A stretch of 64,000 nt of DNA. Origin: Pelagibacteraceae bacterium AG-325-F15. GTDB lineage: Bacteria; Pseudomonadota; Alphaproteobacteria; Pelagibacterales; Pelagibacteraceae. Each line of letters begins with the position of its first letter. Position 1 is the first letter of the stretch. Position numbers and translations under genes: made by a program. The notes under the pieces were generated by a model. That model saw only the letters and a list, made by a program, of their open reading frames with translations, was not told the DNA's origin and did no database searches. The stretch is taken from the NCBI GenBank assembly GCA_003282895.1, contig QBYI01000001.1:678-64677 (forward strand), given 5' to 3'. Positions 21,127-31,207 of the stretch are shown here, piece by piece.

Positions 21127-22953
21127 ATGAACAACAATATCAGAAACATCACGATTATTGCCCATGTTGATCATGGCAAAACCACTCTAATTGATAATTT
21201 AATGAAACAAAGTGGATCGTTTAGAGAAAACGAGGTTGTTGATGAAAGATTAATGGACTCTGGAGAGCTTGAAAAAGAGAGAGGAATCACAATTTTAGCA
21301 AAACCCGCTTCTATAAATTGGAAAGATTCTAGGATTAATATAATTGATACGCCTGGACACAGAGATTTTGCTGCGGAAGTTGAAAGGGTATTAAGTATGG
21401 CTGATGGTGCATTATTGCTTATAGATTCAGCTGAAGGTGTAATGCCTCAAACAAAATTTGTTCTATCAAAAGCGTTAAAACAAGGTTTAAAACCAATTGT
21501 AGTAATAAACAAATTGGATAAAGCAGATCAAAGAGCTAATGAAGTTTTAGATGAAACTTTTGATTTATTTGTGAGTTTAGATGCAAATGAAGAACAATTA
21601 GATTTTCCTGTATTATATGCAAGTGGTAGATCGGGATGGGCTGATACCGAGGTCGATGGTCCAAGAGCAAATTTAAATCCTCTTTTAGATTTAATTGTAG
21701 AACATGTTAAGCCAGCTCAGCTTGATAAGACTAAACCATTTGCAATGCTTTCAACACTTCTTTATGCAGATAGTTTTTTAGGAAGAAGCTTAGTTGGTAG
21801 AATCACGCAAGGAACTGCAAAAGCAAATCAATCAATTAAGGCAATTAATTTGAATGGTGAGAAAGTTGATGAAGGAAAATTAACTAAAATTTTTAGGTAC
21901 GAGGGAACTAAAAAAGTTCCAATTGAAGTTGGTGAAGCTGGAGATATTGTGGTCGTGGCTGGATTGGAAAAAGCAAATGTGGCTGATACTATTTGTGATC
22001 CTGAAGTAATTGAACCAATACCTGCAACACCTATAGATCCACCAACAATGTCAATTACTATCACTGTAAATACTTCTCCTCTTGCAGGAACTGAAGGTAA
22101 GAAGTTAACTAGTACTCAAATAAGAGATAGATTGCTACAGGAAGCTCAAAACAACGTTGGTATTTCATTCTCAGAAAATCACGGTAACGACTCTTTTGTT
22201 GTTAGTGGACGTGGTGAACTTATGTTAGAAATCTTACTCACTCAAATGAGAAGAGAAGGATTTGAAATGACCGTGAGTCCTCCTAAAGTATTATATAAAA
22301 CTGATGAAAATGGAAATAAACTTGAACCAATTGAAGAAATAACAATGGATTTAGATGAAGAACATTCTTCAAAAGTTATAGATTCAATGAATAGAAGAAA
22401 AGGTAAGCTTATAGATTTAAAAGATACTGGTAAAAATAAGAAAAGATTAATATTCCACGCACCAACTAGAGGATTAATGGGATACACAAGTAGATTTCTA
22501 ACTCTTACAAAAGGAAACGGGGTAATTAATAGAATATTCCATAATTATGGTCCTTTTGAAGGAGATATGGAAGGAAGAAGAAATGGTGCTTTAATATCAA
22601 TGGAAAAAGGTAAAGCAGTTGCTTTTGCTATTTTTAATTTACAGGCTAGAGGAGAAATGTTCGTAACTCACAATGATCCTGTATATCCTGGTATGATAGT
22701 TGGTTTATCTCCAAAACCTGGTGATATGATCATCAATGTTATGAAAGGTAAAAAATTAACCAACATGAGAACGCAAGGAACAGATGAAAATGTTGTGCTA
22801 ACCCCAGTTAGAAAAATGTCTATAGCAGAACAATTGAGTATGCTGAATATTGATGAAGCTTTAGAGATTACACCAGATTCATGCCGATTAAGAAAAGCGA
22901 TTTTAGATCCTCATGAAAGAAAAAAAAGTGAAAAAACTGGCGCTGCAGCCTAA
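21127..22953 (+). CDS. typA: Translational GTPase TypA/BipA
   Basis: AHVDHGKTT, ERGITI, DTPGH, NKLD, GRGEL, KKLTNMR. Confidence 0.97.
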   Translation: MNNNIRNITIIAHVDHGKTTLIDNLMKQSGSFRENEVVDERLMDSGELEKERGITILAKPASINWKDSRINIIDTPGHRDFAAEVERVLSMADGALLLIDSAEGVMPQTKFVLSKALKQGLKPIVVINKLDKADQRANEVLDETFDLFVSLDANEEQLDFPVLYASGRSGWADTEVDGPRANLNPLLDLIVEHVKPAQLDKTKPFAMLSTLLYADSFLGRSLVGRITQGTAKANQSIKAINLNGEKVDEGKLTKIFRYEGTKKVPIEVGEAGDIVVVAGLEKANVADTICDPEVIEPIPATPIDPPTMSITITVNTSPLAGTEGKKLTSTQIRDRLLQEAQNNVGISFSENHGNDSFVVSGRGELMLEILLTQMRREGFEMTVSPPKVLYKTDENGNKLEPIEEITMDLDEEHSSKVIDSMNRRKGKLIDLKDTGKNKKRLIFHAPTRGLMGYTSRFLTLTKGNGVINRIFHNYGPFEGDMEGRRNGALISMEKGKAVAFAIFNLQARGEMFVTHNDPVYPGMIVGLSPKPGDMIINVMKGKKLTNMRTQGTDENVVLTPVRKMSIAEQLSMLNIDEALEITPDSCRLRKAILDPHERKKSEKTGAAA

Positions 22954-23597
22954 TTAAAAATTTTATTTACTAAATATAAACCTAGAGCAACACTGGGACC
23001 TATTCCAAAAGCAAACAATAAAGTTCCAACACCAACTGTACCGCCAAGATACCACCCCGCAATTACCGCCGAAATTTCTAAAAAGGCTCTTACTAACGCA
23101 ATAGGTAAATTTGTTAATTTTGTTAAACCTGTCATTAACCCATCTCTAGGACCAGGACCTAAATTTGCAACTAGATAAATGCCACTGCCAAGTCCAACTA
23201 AAATAACAGAAAGAATAGCCAACAAATACTTTATAAGAATGGAGGAAGGAGCATCAAATATACTTAAAGTAATATCAATCATGCCAGCTATTATAATTAT
23301 ATTGAATATTGTTCCCATGCCGGGTTTCTGTTTGATAAAAATCCAAAGAAATAGCACTGAAATACTTATTAAGAAAGTTGCTATTCCAATTGATAAACCT
23401 GTGGTCTTGGAAATTCCCTCTGCTAATACGGACCATGGAGAGTTTCCTGTTGTGGATAAAATTAAAAGTCCTTCGCCTAATCCAAATATTGACAGACCAA
23501 GTATTAGAAAAAAAGATGTAGATAATTTAGGCTTAAAATTTAAAGGATTTTCTGAACTCCAGGATACTATTGGTATATTTTTGATTTTTAAAAACAT
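22950..23597 (-). CDS. YczE/YitT-like membrane protein
   Basis: GNSPWSVL, LGPGPRDGLM, GGTVGVGT..FAFGIG. Confidence 0.85.
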   Translation of the reverse strand: MFLKIKNIPIVSWSSENPLNFKPKLSTSFFLILGLSIFGLGEGLLILSTTGNSPWSVLAEGISKTTGLSIGIATFLISISVLFLWIFIKQKPGMGTIFNIIIIAGMIDITLSIFDAPSSILIKYLLAILSVILVGLGSGIYLVANLGPGPRDGLMTGLTKLTNLPIALVRAFLEISAVIAGWYLGGTVGVGTLLFAFGIGPSVALGLYLVNKIFN

Positions 23598-23648
23598 TTT
23601 TTATAAATTACTTCTTTTAAAATTAAAGTCTATTAAAGTAATTTTTTA

Positions 23649-24329
23649 ATGAAAAAATTTATATATCTAATAATTTTTTTAACCTATTCATTAAATAGTA
23701 GTGCGCATATGGCTCACTATTCTAAATTTAAAAAAATTGAGATGGAAATTTTAAGAGATGGTGAAGTTATTGGTTATAATTATTATTTTTTTAAAAAAGA
23801 CTCTGAAAATATTACTGTAACAAATCAATTAAAATTTGCTGTTAAAATTTTAGGAGCAACAATTTTTGAGGTTGAGAGTTTTGGTGAAGAGAAATATATC
23901 AATGACAAATTAATTTCTTTTAACTCTAAAACGCGCCAAAATAAGAAAAAAAAATATGTTAAACTCATACTTAATGAAGAAAAAAATATATATGATATTA
24001 AAGGTTCATCTTATACAGGTAGCGCATCAACAGATAATATAATTGGAAACTGGTGGAGTCACAAAATACTTCAAAGTGAAAGCCAAATAAGTCCGATTTC
24101 TGGAAGTATTAAAGAACAATTGGTAACTTTTATTGGTAAAGAAACAATCGAATTATATGGAAAAAGTTTCAGTGTAGAACACTTTAAGTTAACTTCAAAA
24201 GATATGACTTTACCTAAAGATAAAAGATTAAATTTTGATATTTGGTACGATAAAAAAAATGCTTTAATTATGAAAGTTACTTATACGAGAATGGGTAATT
24301 GGGAGTATAGAGTTAAAAAATTTGAGTAA
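23649..24329 (+). CDS. Exported beta-rich protein (DUF6134-like)
   Basis: Signal peptide ending SSA; ILRDGEVIG, NWW, IWYD motifs. Confidence 0.65.
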   Translation: MKKFIYLIIFLTYSLNSSAHMAHYSKFKKIEMEILRDGEVIGYNYYFFKKDSENITVTNQLKFAVKILGATIFEVESFGEEKYINDKLISFNSKTRQNKKKKYVKLILNEEKNIYDIKGSSYTGSASTDNIIGNWWSHKILQSESQISPISGSIKEQLVTFIGKETIELYGKSFSVEHFKLTSKDMTLPKDKRLNFDIWYDKKNALIMKVTYTRMGNWEYRVKKFE

Positions 24330-24331
24330 AC

Positions 24332-25303
24332 TTATTTTATTATCTTTTTATAAAGATCGTTAGCACTTATCCAACCTGCCTCTAGTCTAGGTCCTACAAA
24401 CCAGTCTGCGCAAACACCTAAATTTATTGAAGGATCCCAAAAACTCATTATTTTTAAAGGATTTGAATTTGAAGAATATTTCCATCCATGATTAAGTGAA
24501 TGTAATATTTTAGTTTTTTTTATACCAGTAAGTTTAAAAAAATGATCAATCAAAACCTGTGAATTGAAATCCTTTTTTTCCTTATTTTTAATAATTTTTT
24601 TGTTTGCCCAATTGTATGTACTTTGCAATGTCCATAAATCAAAATTACTTTTAAATCTTTTTTTACTATTTTCTTTAGAAGCCCAACCTAAAATTTTATT
24701 ATCAAAAAAATAACTACTAATATTATTTTTTGTCTTTTTAATTACAATCATCACGGTTATATTTGCATCCATTTTAACTCTTGATTTGATAAATGGATTT
24801 TTTATAAATTTTTTAGATAATTTATATAATTGTTCAAATGGACAAGTTAAAATAAGATTATTATAAATTTTTTTCTCGCCATTAGAAAAAGTTAAAAACC
24901 ATTTTTTTTGTTTATAATCAATTTTTTTAAGTTCATGAAAATAATTGCATTTAATATTTTTTAAAAGATATTTACTGATATCGTTATTACCCTTACGACC
25001 AATTATTTTTTTATGATTCTTGATCTCTTTTTTATTTTTATTTAAAAATAAATGCTTACCTCTCCAATATTTTAATATCTTTTTTTTTATCAATTTTTCT
25101 AAGAATCTTTTAAATGCTAAAGTTTTAGGTGAGATATATTGAGTTCCATGATCAAATCCTTTTGTTTTATCAAGCCTTTTAAAAGATGCTCTACCACCAG
25201 GACCTCTAGCTTTATCAAAAAGATCGACTGAATGTTTTTTGCTTAAAAGATTTGCAATTGTAGCTCCTGAAATTCCTGAGCCAATTACACAAAAATTACT
25301 CAT
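24332..25303 (-). CDS. Renalase-like FAD/NAD(P)-dependent oxidoreductase
   Basis: IGSGISG, DKARGPGGR, FDHGTQY, WKYS, CADW..G.RLEAGWISA. Confidence 0.8.
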   Translation of the reverse strand: MSNFCVIGSGISGATIANLLSKKHSVDLFDKARGPGGRASFKRLDKTKGFDHGTQYISPKTLAFKRFLEKLIKKKILKYWRGKHLFLNKNKKEIKNHKKIIGRKGNNDISKYLLKNIKCNYFHELKKIDYKQKKWFLTFSNGEKKIYNNLILTCPFEQLYKLSKKFIKNPFIKSRVKMDANITVMIVIKKTKNNISSYFFDNKILGWASKENSKKRFKSNFDLWTLQSTYNWANKKIIKNKEKKDFNSQVLIDHFFKLTGIKKTKILHSLNHGWKYSSNSNPLKIMSFWDPSINLGVCADWFVGPRLEAGWISANDLYKKIIK

Positions 25304-26616
25304 TTTCCAGCAACAGTCATGCCTTCTATCATTATAGTAGGTGAGTTAACTGAATATTTAAACTCTAAATCGTTCGCTAATTTTATATTTTTAAACATAT
25401 CATTAAAATTTCCGGCAATTGTTATCTCGTTTACAGGATATTGAAATTCTCCATTTTCAATTAAAAAACCTGTAGCGCCTACAGAATAGTCTCCAGTTAC
25501 TAAATTTGTTCCATGACCAATTGTTTCTGTAATATATAAATTTTTAGAATTAATTTTTAATAATTCTTCAAAACTCATTTGACCATTTTCTAAATAAAGG
25601 TTTGTACTACCACCACTTCTGCCATTTGATTTTAATTTCAGTTTTCTACCATTATAAGTATCGACAAGATATTCTCTAAGAAAACCATTTTCTACTAACT
25701 TAATAGTTTCTGATTTTACACCCTCTGCATCAAAATATTGTGAACCTAATCCTTTAACTAAGTCTGGTTTATCAAATATATTAATTTTGTCTGAAAAGAT
25801 CTGTTGATTAATTTTATCTTTTAAAAAGGAAGTGCCTCTTGCAATAGCTGATGAAGATATAGCACTTGCAAAAGAGCTCAGCAATCCTTTTGCAATTCTT
25901 TTATCAAAAATTAAACTAATTTTATCACTTCCAATTTTTTTTGGACTAAGCTTTTTTATCGTTTGTTCAGCAGCAATATTTCCCAAGTTTTTTGGCTTTA
26001 TAATATCATTTAAATGGCATCTGCTTGTAAATTCATAATCTCTTTCCATACTATTTTCATCTTTAGCAACTGTCACACACGATGCGGTAAATGATGAAGA
26101 TTTATAACCATTACAAAAACCATCACTATTTGCTAAAATAAAGTTTCCTCTATTTTCCGAAAAACTAGATTCTGTATTTATAATTTTTTCATCTTTTGAG
26201 GCAGTGTCCTCTAATTCTCTTAAATAATCTATTTTCTTATCATTATCTAAATGTGTTTCATCATATAAATCTAATTCATTAATTTTTTTTGCTAGTAAAT
26301 CTTGATCGGGTAAGGAATTAAATTTATCTTCAGGTGTAATTTTTGTTGTTTCAATGCATTTTTCTATTAAAGTTTTTAAATTTTCCTCTAATAAATTTGA
26401 TGAAGATATTGAGGATTTTTTTTTACCCACAAATGTTTGGATGCTTATAGCTAAACTGTCAGATCTGTTAGACTCGTCTAGGGCCTTATTTCTAAAATTT
26501 ACAGTCTCTGATATAGAATTTCCAACAGTTACGCTTGCATCAGTTGCGCCTAATTTTTTCGCTAAATCTAGGCAATACGATGCTTTAGACTTCAAATATT
26601 CTTGATCCTTAATCAT
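25300..26616 (-). CDS. pmbA: TldE/PmbA non-catalytic metalloprotease subunit
   Basis: FDAEGV, NLVTGDYSVGATG, EITIAGN; follows tldD. Confidence 0.92.
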   Translation of the reverse strand: MIKDQEYLKSKASYCLDLAKKLGATDASVTVGNSISETVNFRNKALDESNRSDSLAISIQTFVGKKKSSISSSNLLEENLKTLIEKCIETTKITPEDKFNSLPDQDLLAKKINELDLYDETHLDNDKKIDYLRELEDTASKDEKIINTESSFSENRGNFILANSDGFCNGYKSSSFTASCVTVAKDENSMERDYEFTSRCHLNDIIKPKNLGNIAAEQTIKKLSPKKIGSDKISLIFDKRIAKGLLSSFASAISSSAIARGTSFLKDKINQQIFSDKINIFDKPDLVKGLGSQYFDAEGVKSETIKLVENGFLREYLVDTYNGRKLKLKSNGRSGGSTNLYLENGQMSFEELLKINSKNLYITETIGHGTNLVTGDYSVGATGFLIENGEFQYPVNEITIAGNFNDMFKNIKLANDLEFKYSVNSPTIMIEGMTVAGK

Positions 26617-26619
26617 TAT

Positions 26620-28032
26620 TTAAAGTTTGGTTCCACCTACAGTCATTTTATCTATTAAAATTGAAGGCTGAGCTACTCCTACTGGAACGCCTTGACCAGC
26701 TTTTCCACAAGTTCCAATACCAGGATCCATCATCATATCATTTCCAACCATTGATACTTCTTTTAAAATTGATGGACCATCTCCTATCAAAGTTGCTCCT
26801 TTAATTGGTGAACCAATTTTACCATTATTAATCTCGTATGCCTCAGTGCAATTAAAAACAAATTTGCCAGAGGTGATGTCTACCTGACCTCCACCAAAAC
26901 TTACTGCAAAAATTCCCCTATCAACTGATTTAATCATCTCATCTTGAGTATGTTGACCACTCATCATCATGGTATTTCTCATTCTTGGTAGAACAATATG
27001 TTTATAATTTTCTCTTCTTCCACTTCCAGTAGATTTAGTATTCATCAATCTTGCATTTAATCTGTCTTGCATGAAATTTTTTAAAATTCCATTTTCAATT
27101 AGTACTGTCTTTTCAGTAGGTGTTCCTTCATCATCAATTGTTAAACTTCCTCTTCTTTTTCCAATAGTTCCATCATCAACAATAGTAACACCCTCGCTTG
27201 CAACCTTTTGACCCATTAAATTATGAAAAGCAGAGGTTTTTTTTCGATTAAAGTCTCCCTCCAGGCCATGACCTATGGCTTCATGAATTAAAATTGCTGG
27301 CCATCCAGGACCTAACACTACTTTCATTTCGCCTGCTGGCGCTGGTTTGCTTTCCAAATTTACTGAGGCAATTCTTAATGCTTCTTCACAAACATTTTTC
27401 CAATTATCGTTTTTTAAATATTCATCATAAGATTGTCTTCCACCAATACCATAAACGCCAGTTTCTTTTCTTCCATTTTTTTCAAGCATCACAGAAACAT
27501 TAAATCTTATTAATGGCCTAACATCTGTTAAAGCTTCGCCACCCGAACGTATAATTTCAATTGATTTTTGTTCTCCACTAAAACTTGCTGTAACCTGTTT
27601 AACTGAAGAGTCTTTTTTACGTAAATAATCATTAACTTTATTTAAAACCTCAAGTTTTGAATTTAGCGATTTTTGTTCTATTGGATTAATATCTTCATAA
27701 AATTTGTTATTAGTTTTTGGAATCTCATGATCATAAGTTCCTTTGCTTGACTTAAGAGTTGATTTAAGATTTTGTGAAGAATTTCTTAATGACTCTTTTG
27801 AAATTTCATTAGAATGAGAGTACGCGACCACCTCATTTGAAATAGCCCTAAATCCAAAACCTAAATCTGAACTATAATTTGAACTTTTAATTTTATTATC
27901 ATCCAATAAAATCGACTCTGATTTTGTGTCTTCTAAATACAATTCGCCATCATCACAATTTCTAAGTGTATCAGAGACAATATCATCCACATCTTTTCTG
28001 TTTAAATCTGATTTATCTAGAAAATTACTCAT
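26620..28032 (-). CDS. tldD: Metalloprotease TldD
   Basis: HEAIGHGLEGDFNRK, DDEG, PRMRNT, CGKAGQ. Confidence 0.96.
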   Translation of the reverse strand: MSNFLDKSDLNRKDVDDIVSDTLRNCDDGELYLEDTKSESILLDDNKIKSSNYSSDLGFGFRAISNEVVAYSHSNEISKESLRNSSQNLKSTLKSSKGTYDHEIPKTNNKFYEDINPIEQKSLNSKLEVLNKVNDYLRKKDSSVKQVTASFSGEQKSIEIIRSGGEALTDVRPLIRFNVSVMLEKNGRKETGVYGIGGRQSYDEYLKNDNWKNVCEEALRIASVNLESKPAPAGEMKVVLGPGWPAILIHEAIGHGLEGDFNRKKTSAFHNLMGQKVASEGVTIVDDGTIGKRRGSLTIDDEGTPTEKTVLIENGILKNFMQDRLNARLMNTKSTGSGRRENYKHIVLPRMRNTMMMSGQHTQDEMIKSVDRGIFAVSFGGGQVDITSGKFVFNCTEAYEINNGKIGSPIKGATLIGDGPSILKEVSMVGNDMMMDPGIGTCGKAGQGVPVGVAQPSILIDKMTVGGTKL

Positions 28033-28118
28033 AATAAATACATAGTTATTTAAATATTATTTTCAATGGATGATTTTACGCATGTACAAAATAATCTTTA
28101 TAGTTACTTAAATTAATT

Positions 28119-28466
28119 ATGAAAGTTTACTTCAATAACTCTTGTAAAATTTGTAGAGCAGAAATTAATTTATACAAGAAAGAAAATATTAAAGAAATTG
28201 ATTGGGTTGACATCACTGATAATTTAACTGCAGAAAAAGAAACACTTAAAAATGATAGAGATCTTTTAAGAAGATTGCATGTTAAAGAAGGTGATAAAAT
28301 AATCGAAGGTGCAGAAGCTTTTCTTTTTGTGTGGAAAAAAATTCCAAAATACAAATTTTTGTATAAATTTTTTAAACTTCCAATAATTTTTACTTTATTT
28401 AAATATGGTTACGAAATTATTGCTTTTTTTTTATATTTAAAAAATAAACATCAGCTTAAAAGCTAG
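28119..28466 (+). CDS. DCC/DUF393 thiol-disulfide oxidoreductase-like protein
   Basis: N-terminal YFNNSCKIC, RRLHV, GAEAF..VW. Confidence 0.8.
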   Translation: MKVYFNNSCKICRAEINLYKKENIKEIDWVDITDNLTAEKETLKNDRDLLRRLHVKEGDKIIEGAEAFLFVWKKIPKYKFLYKFFKLPIIFTLFKYGYEIIAFFLYLKNKHQLKS

Positions 28467-28756
28467 TTAATAAAAAATAACATAAATTTACTTAGCAAAG
28501 ACATAGATGCAATAAACATAATCATTACTATGGAATACATAAATGTAATTATTTTATTCTTTTTTCTTCTTAGCCTAATAAAAGATTTATCATCTAAGTC
28601 AGAAATATCTCTTTTGCCGACTACTTGGTAATCATAACTCCATCTCCAAGTTGAGTCTCCAAGTCTAGTATCTAAATTATTAAAATACCTTATCCATGCA
28701 ATAGTGTATTGTAGCATTAAATACAAAATTACCATTACTAAAGTTCCAAAAAACAT
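28463..28756 (-). CDS. Hypothetical membrane protein (two hydrophobic segments)
   Basis: 97-aa ORF filling the gap; hydrophobic N- and C-termini; no family recognised. Confidence 0.6.
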   Translation of the reverse strand: MFFGTLVMVILYLMLQYTIAWIRYFNNLDTRLGDSTWRWSYDYQVVGKRDISDLDDKSFIRLRRKKNKIITFMYSIVMIMFIASMSLLSKFMLFFIN

Positions 28757-28787
28757 CTTAAAATAATACTTAATAAATTAAGAAATT

Positions 28788-29987
28788 TTAATTGGTATTT
28801 TTGGCTCTTTTTCTTGCAATTAATTGGGTTAAAGAGTCAACCATTGTGTCTGAGGCTTTAAAAATTTCGTTATTTTTAAATTCGTGAGAAATATTTTTTT
28901 CTGGATTTGTTTTATCCTCAATAACTATTCCTTCATCAGGTGAATTATTTTTTATATAAATTAACAATAGCCATTCGTCATCGACTGACTCATCCCACTT
29001 TATAAAGATCTCTCCTGTTTCAAATCTTCTATCAATGCACCTAAAAATAGACATATGTCTTGTAATGTGTCTTTTATTTAATTGGAAAACTAAACTACTT
29101 GCACTTCTAAAAAAACTTTCGAGAGCAAATTCAATTTTTTGTCTTGCTAAAGTATATTCTTTTTCTTTTTTTAATAATGTTTCTCTATCTTCATCACCTT
29201 GAATTTTAACGCCTAAAGCCTCTACTCTTTCTCTTATCTTTTGATCTCTTATTATTCGGTACTTTTCTTTTAATTGTTCTATTCTTTTTTGTAGACCGGC
29301 ATAGTCATCTCTTTTTTCTTTTAGAGATATTTTCTCAAGTTTTTCTAATTCCTTAACTTCTCTTACTCTAAATTTATTAATCTGTTTTTCTAATCTTAAT
29401 TGTTTTAAAAATTGTTTTTGTTTTTCTGCTTGTTCAATTCTTAATATAGCCTGCTCTTTTCTGAGAAATAGCTTTATGTCCTTAGATCTTTGCTTTTCTA
29501 ATTTAATTTCATCCTTTAAAGCTTGTTCTTTTAATTTAACTTTTAATTCTTGTTCTTTTTGTTTCTCTTGTGCAATTTCAATTTTTTCCTGTCTTTCTCT
29601 TTCTAGTTTTTCTAATTTTATTCTTCTCTCTTCATCTTTTTTAATAATCTTATACTGATCAATCGTTGTTGCAATTTTATCAAAAAATGCCTGGATATAT
29701 TTTTCAAAACTAAAATTAAGTCTTAAATTTATCCTAGGTTTTAGAGAATTTTGAAAATTAATTACATTTAAAATAAAATTTTGTTTGTTGGGAATTTTCA
29801 ATTTTACTAATTTTTTTTTTGATTTTTTATTATTCCTTTTCAATCCCGATTTAACTTTTTTTACTTTCCTACTTTTAGATTTTATTTTTTTATCTGTTGT
29901 TCTTTTTGCTAGATTTTTTGATGTTTTAAATTTTTTTGATTTTTTTGATTTTTTTGATTTTTTTGATTTTTTTGATTTTTTTTTCAT
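28788..29987 (-). CDS. Hypothetical protein: Lys-rich N-terminal tail, long coiled coil, globular C-terminal domain
   Basis: About 400-aa ORF; likely ATG at 29987; E/K/Q/R-rich central region. Confidence 0.85.
   Translation of the reverse strand: MKKKSKKSKKSKKSKKSKKFKTSKNLAKRTTDKKIKSKSRKVKKVKSGLKRNNKKSKKKLVKLKIPNKQNFILNVINFQNSLKPRINLRLNFSFEKYIQAFFDKIATTIDQYKIIKKDEERRIKLEKLERERQEKIEIAQEKQKEQELKVKLKEQALKDEIKLEKQRSKDIKLFLRKEQAILRIEQAEKQKQFLKQLRLEKQINKFRVREVKELEKLEKISLKEKRDDYAGLQKRIEQLKEKYRIIRDQKIRERVEALGVKIQGDEDRETLLKKEKEYTLARQKIEFALESFFRSASSLVFQLNKRHITRHMSIFRCIDRRFETGEIFIKWDESVDDEWLLLIYIKNNSPDEGIVIEDKTNPEKNISHEFKNNEIFKASDTMVDSLTQLIARKRAKNTN
29931..29975. repeat. Tandem repeat, 5 x 9 bp (TTTTTTTGA), encoding (SKK)5 on the minus strand
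   Basis: Read directly; adjacent to a T9 run at 29976-29984. Confidence 0.95.
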
Positions 29988-30015
29988 TTTCAAGAAAGCT
30001 AATTCTATCAATAAA

Positions 30016-31206
30016 TTATTGATAAATATAGTCTCTTGTGACTGGTGTTGATGTATAATTTTTTGTTAGTTGAAATTGATATACAACTTGATCTCCCCAT
30101 TTGAATGCCATTTCGCATCCTGCCAAATAAAATTCCCACATTCTAAAAAATTTCTCATCAAACATCTGAATAATCTTTTCTTTGTTATTAATACAATTTT
30201 CTTTCCAGTGTCTAAGTGTATGGGAATAATGTAGTTTTAATACTTCAATATCAGCTACTATTAAACCCGCTTTTTCAATAGGTGTCGTTACTTCACTCAA
30301 ACTTGGAGTATAACCCCCAGGAAATATATATTTAGTTATCCATGGATGTGGGTCTCTTGGTGGATTAACAGATCCAATGGTATGGATTAAAGAAACTCCA
30401 TCTGCATTAAGCAATTTATCAATTTGTCTAAAAAATTTTCTATAAAACTTTCTACCAACATGCTCAAACATTCCAACACTTACAATTCTATCAAATTTTT
30501 CATTAAGTTCTCTGTAGTCTATTAATTTAAAGTTTAACTGATTTTCTAAATTAAGTTCTTTCGCTTTTTTCTTGCAATAGTTTAATTGATTTTCAGATAG
30601 TGTAATTCCAGTAACTTCACAATTTGCACTTTTTGCAATATCAATTGCCAAAGACCCCCAGCCACAACCTATATCCAAAACTTTTTGATTAGTTTTAATA
30701 TTCAGTTTTTTTATTATGTGTTGAATCTTATTATTCTGAGCTTCTTCAAGTGTATCAGTTTCTTTTTTAAAATATGCACAAGAATATTGTCTTTTAGGAT
30801 CTAAAAATAAATCGTAAAGATCATCTGAAATATCATAATGATGTGAAACATTCATTTTAGATTTCTTAATGAAATTAAAATTGGTTAAATATCTATAAGA
30901 GCCTCTTAATCTATTTATCAGATAACTAAAAAAGTTAAGTTCATTTCTTCCAAAATTCATCAACACCAAATCTAAGAATTCACTTAAATCTCCATTTTCA
31001 ATTATAATATCTCCATTTGTATAGGCTTCTCCAAAATAAAGATCTGGATGTAATAATAGTTTGTAATGAAGATTTTTATTTAAAATTTTAACTTTGATTG
31101 GCTTATCAGTTTTTGGTGATCCTATAATATAATTTTTTGAATTCGCGTCCACTAAAATGAAACCGTCGTTCTTAAAAACACCATTTAAGAATCTTGCCAG
31201 TTGCAT
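30016..31206 (-). CDS. cfa: Cyclopropane-fatty-acyl-phospholipid synthase family methyltransferase
   Basis: HHYDISDDLY, QYSCAYF, LDIGCGWG, SVGMFEHVG, YIFPGG. Confidence 0.9.
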   Translation of the reverse strand: MQLARFLNGVFKNDGFILVDANSKNYIIGSPKTDKPIKVKILNKNLHYKLLLHPDLYFGEAYTNGDIIIENGDLSEFLDLVLMNFGRNELNFFSYLINRLRGSYRYLTNFNFIKKSKMNVSHHYDISDDLYDLFLDPKRQYSCAYFKKETDTLEEAQNNKIQHIIKKLNIKTNQKVLDIGCGWGSLAIDIAKSANCEVTGITLSENQLNYCKKKAKELNLENQLNFKLIDYRELNEKFDRIVSVGMFEHVGRKFYRKFFRQIDKLLNADGVSLIHTIGSVNPPRDPHPWITKYIFPGGYTPSLSEVTTPIEKAGLIVADIEVLKLHYSHTLRHWKENCINNKEKIIQMFDEKFFRMWEFYLAGCEMAFKWGDQVVYQFQLTKNYTSTPVTRDYIYQ

Positions 31207-31207
31207 T

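Noticed and set aside
29785-30051. Plus-strand ORF with (FFD)n repeats
   Set aside because: It is the reverse complement of the (SKK)n repeat and Lys-rich region of the real minus-strand gene
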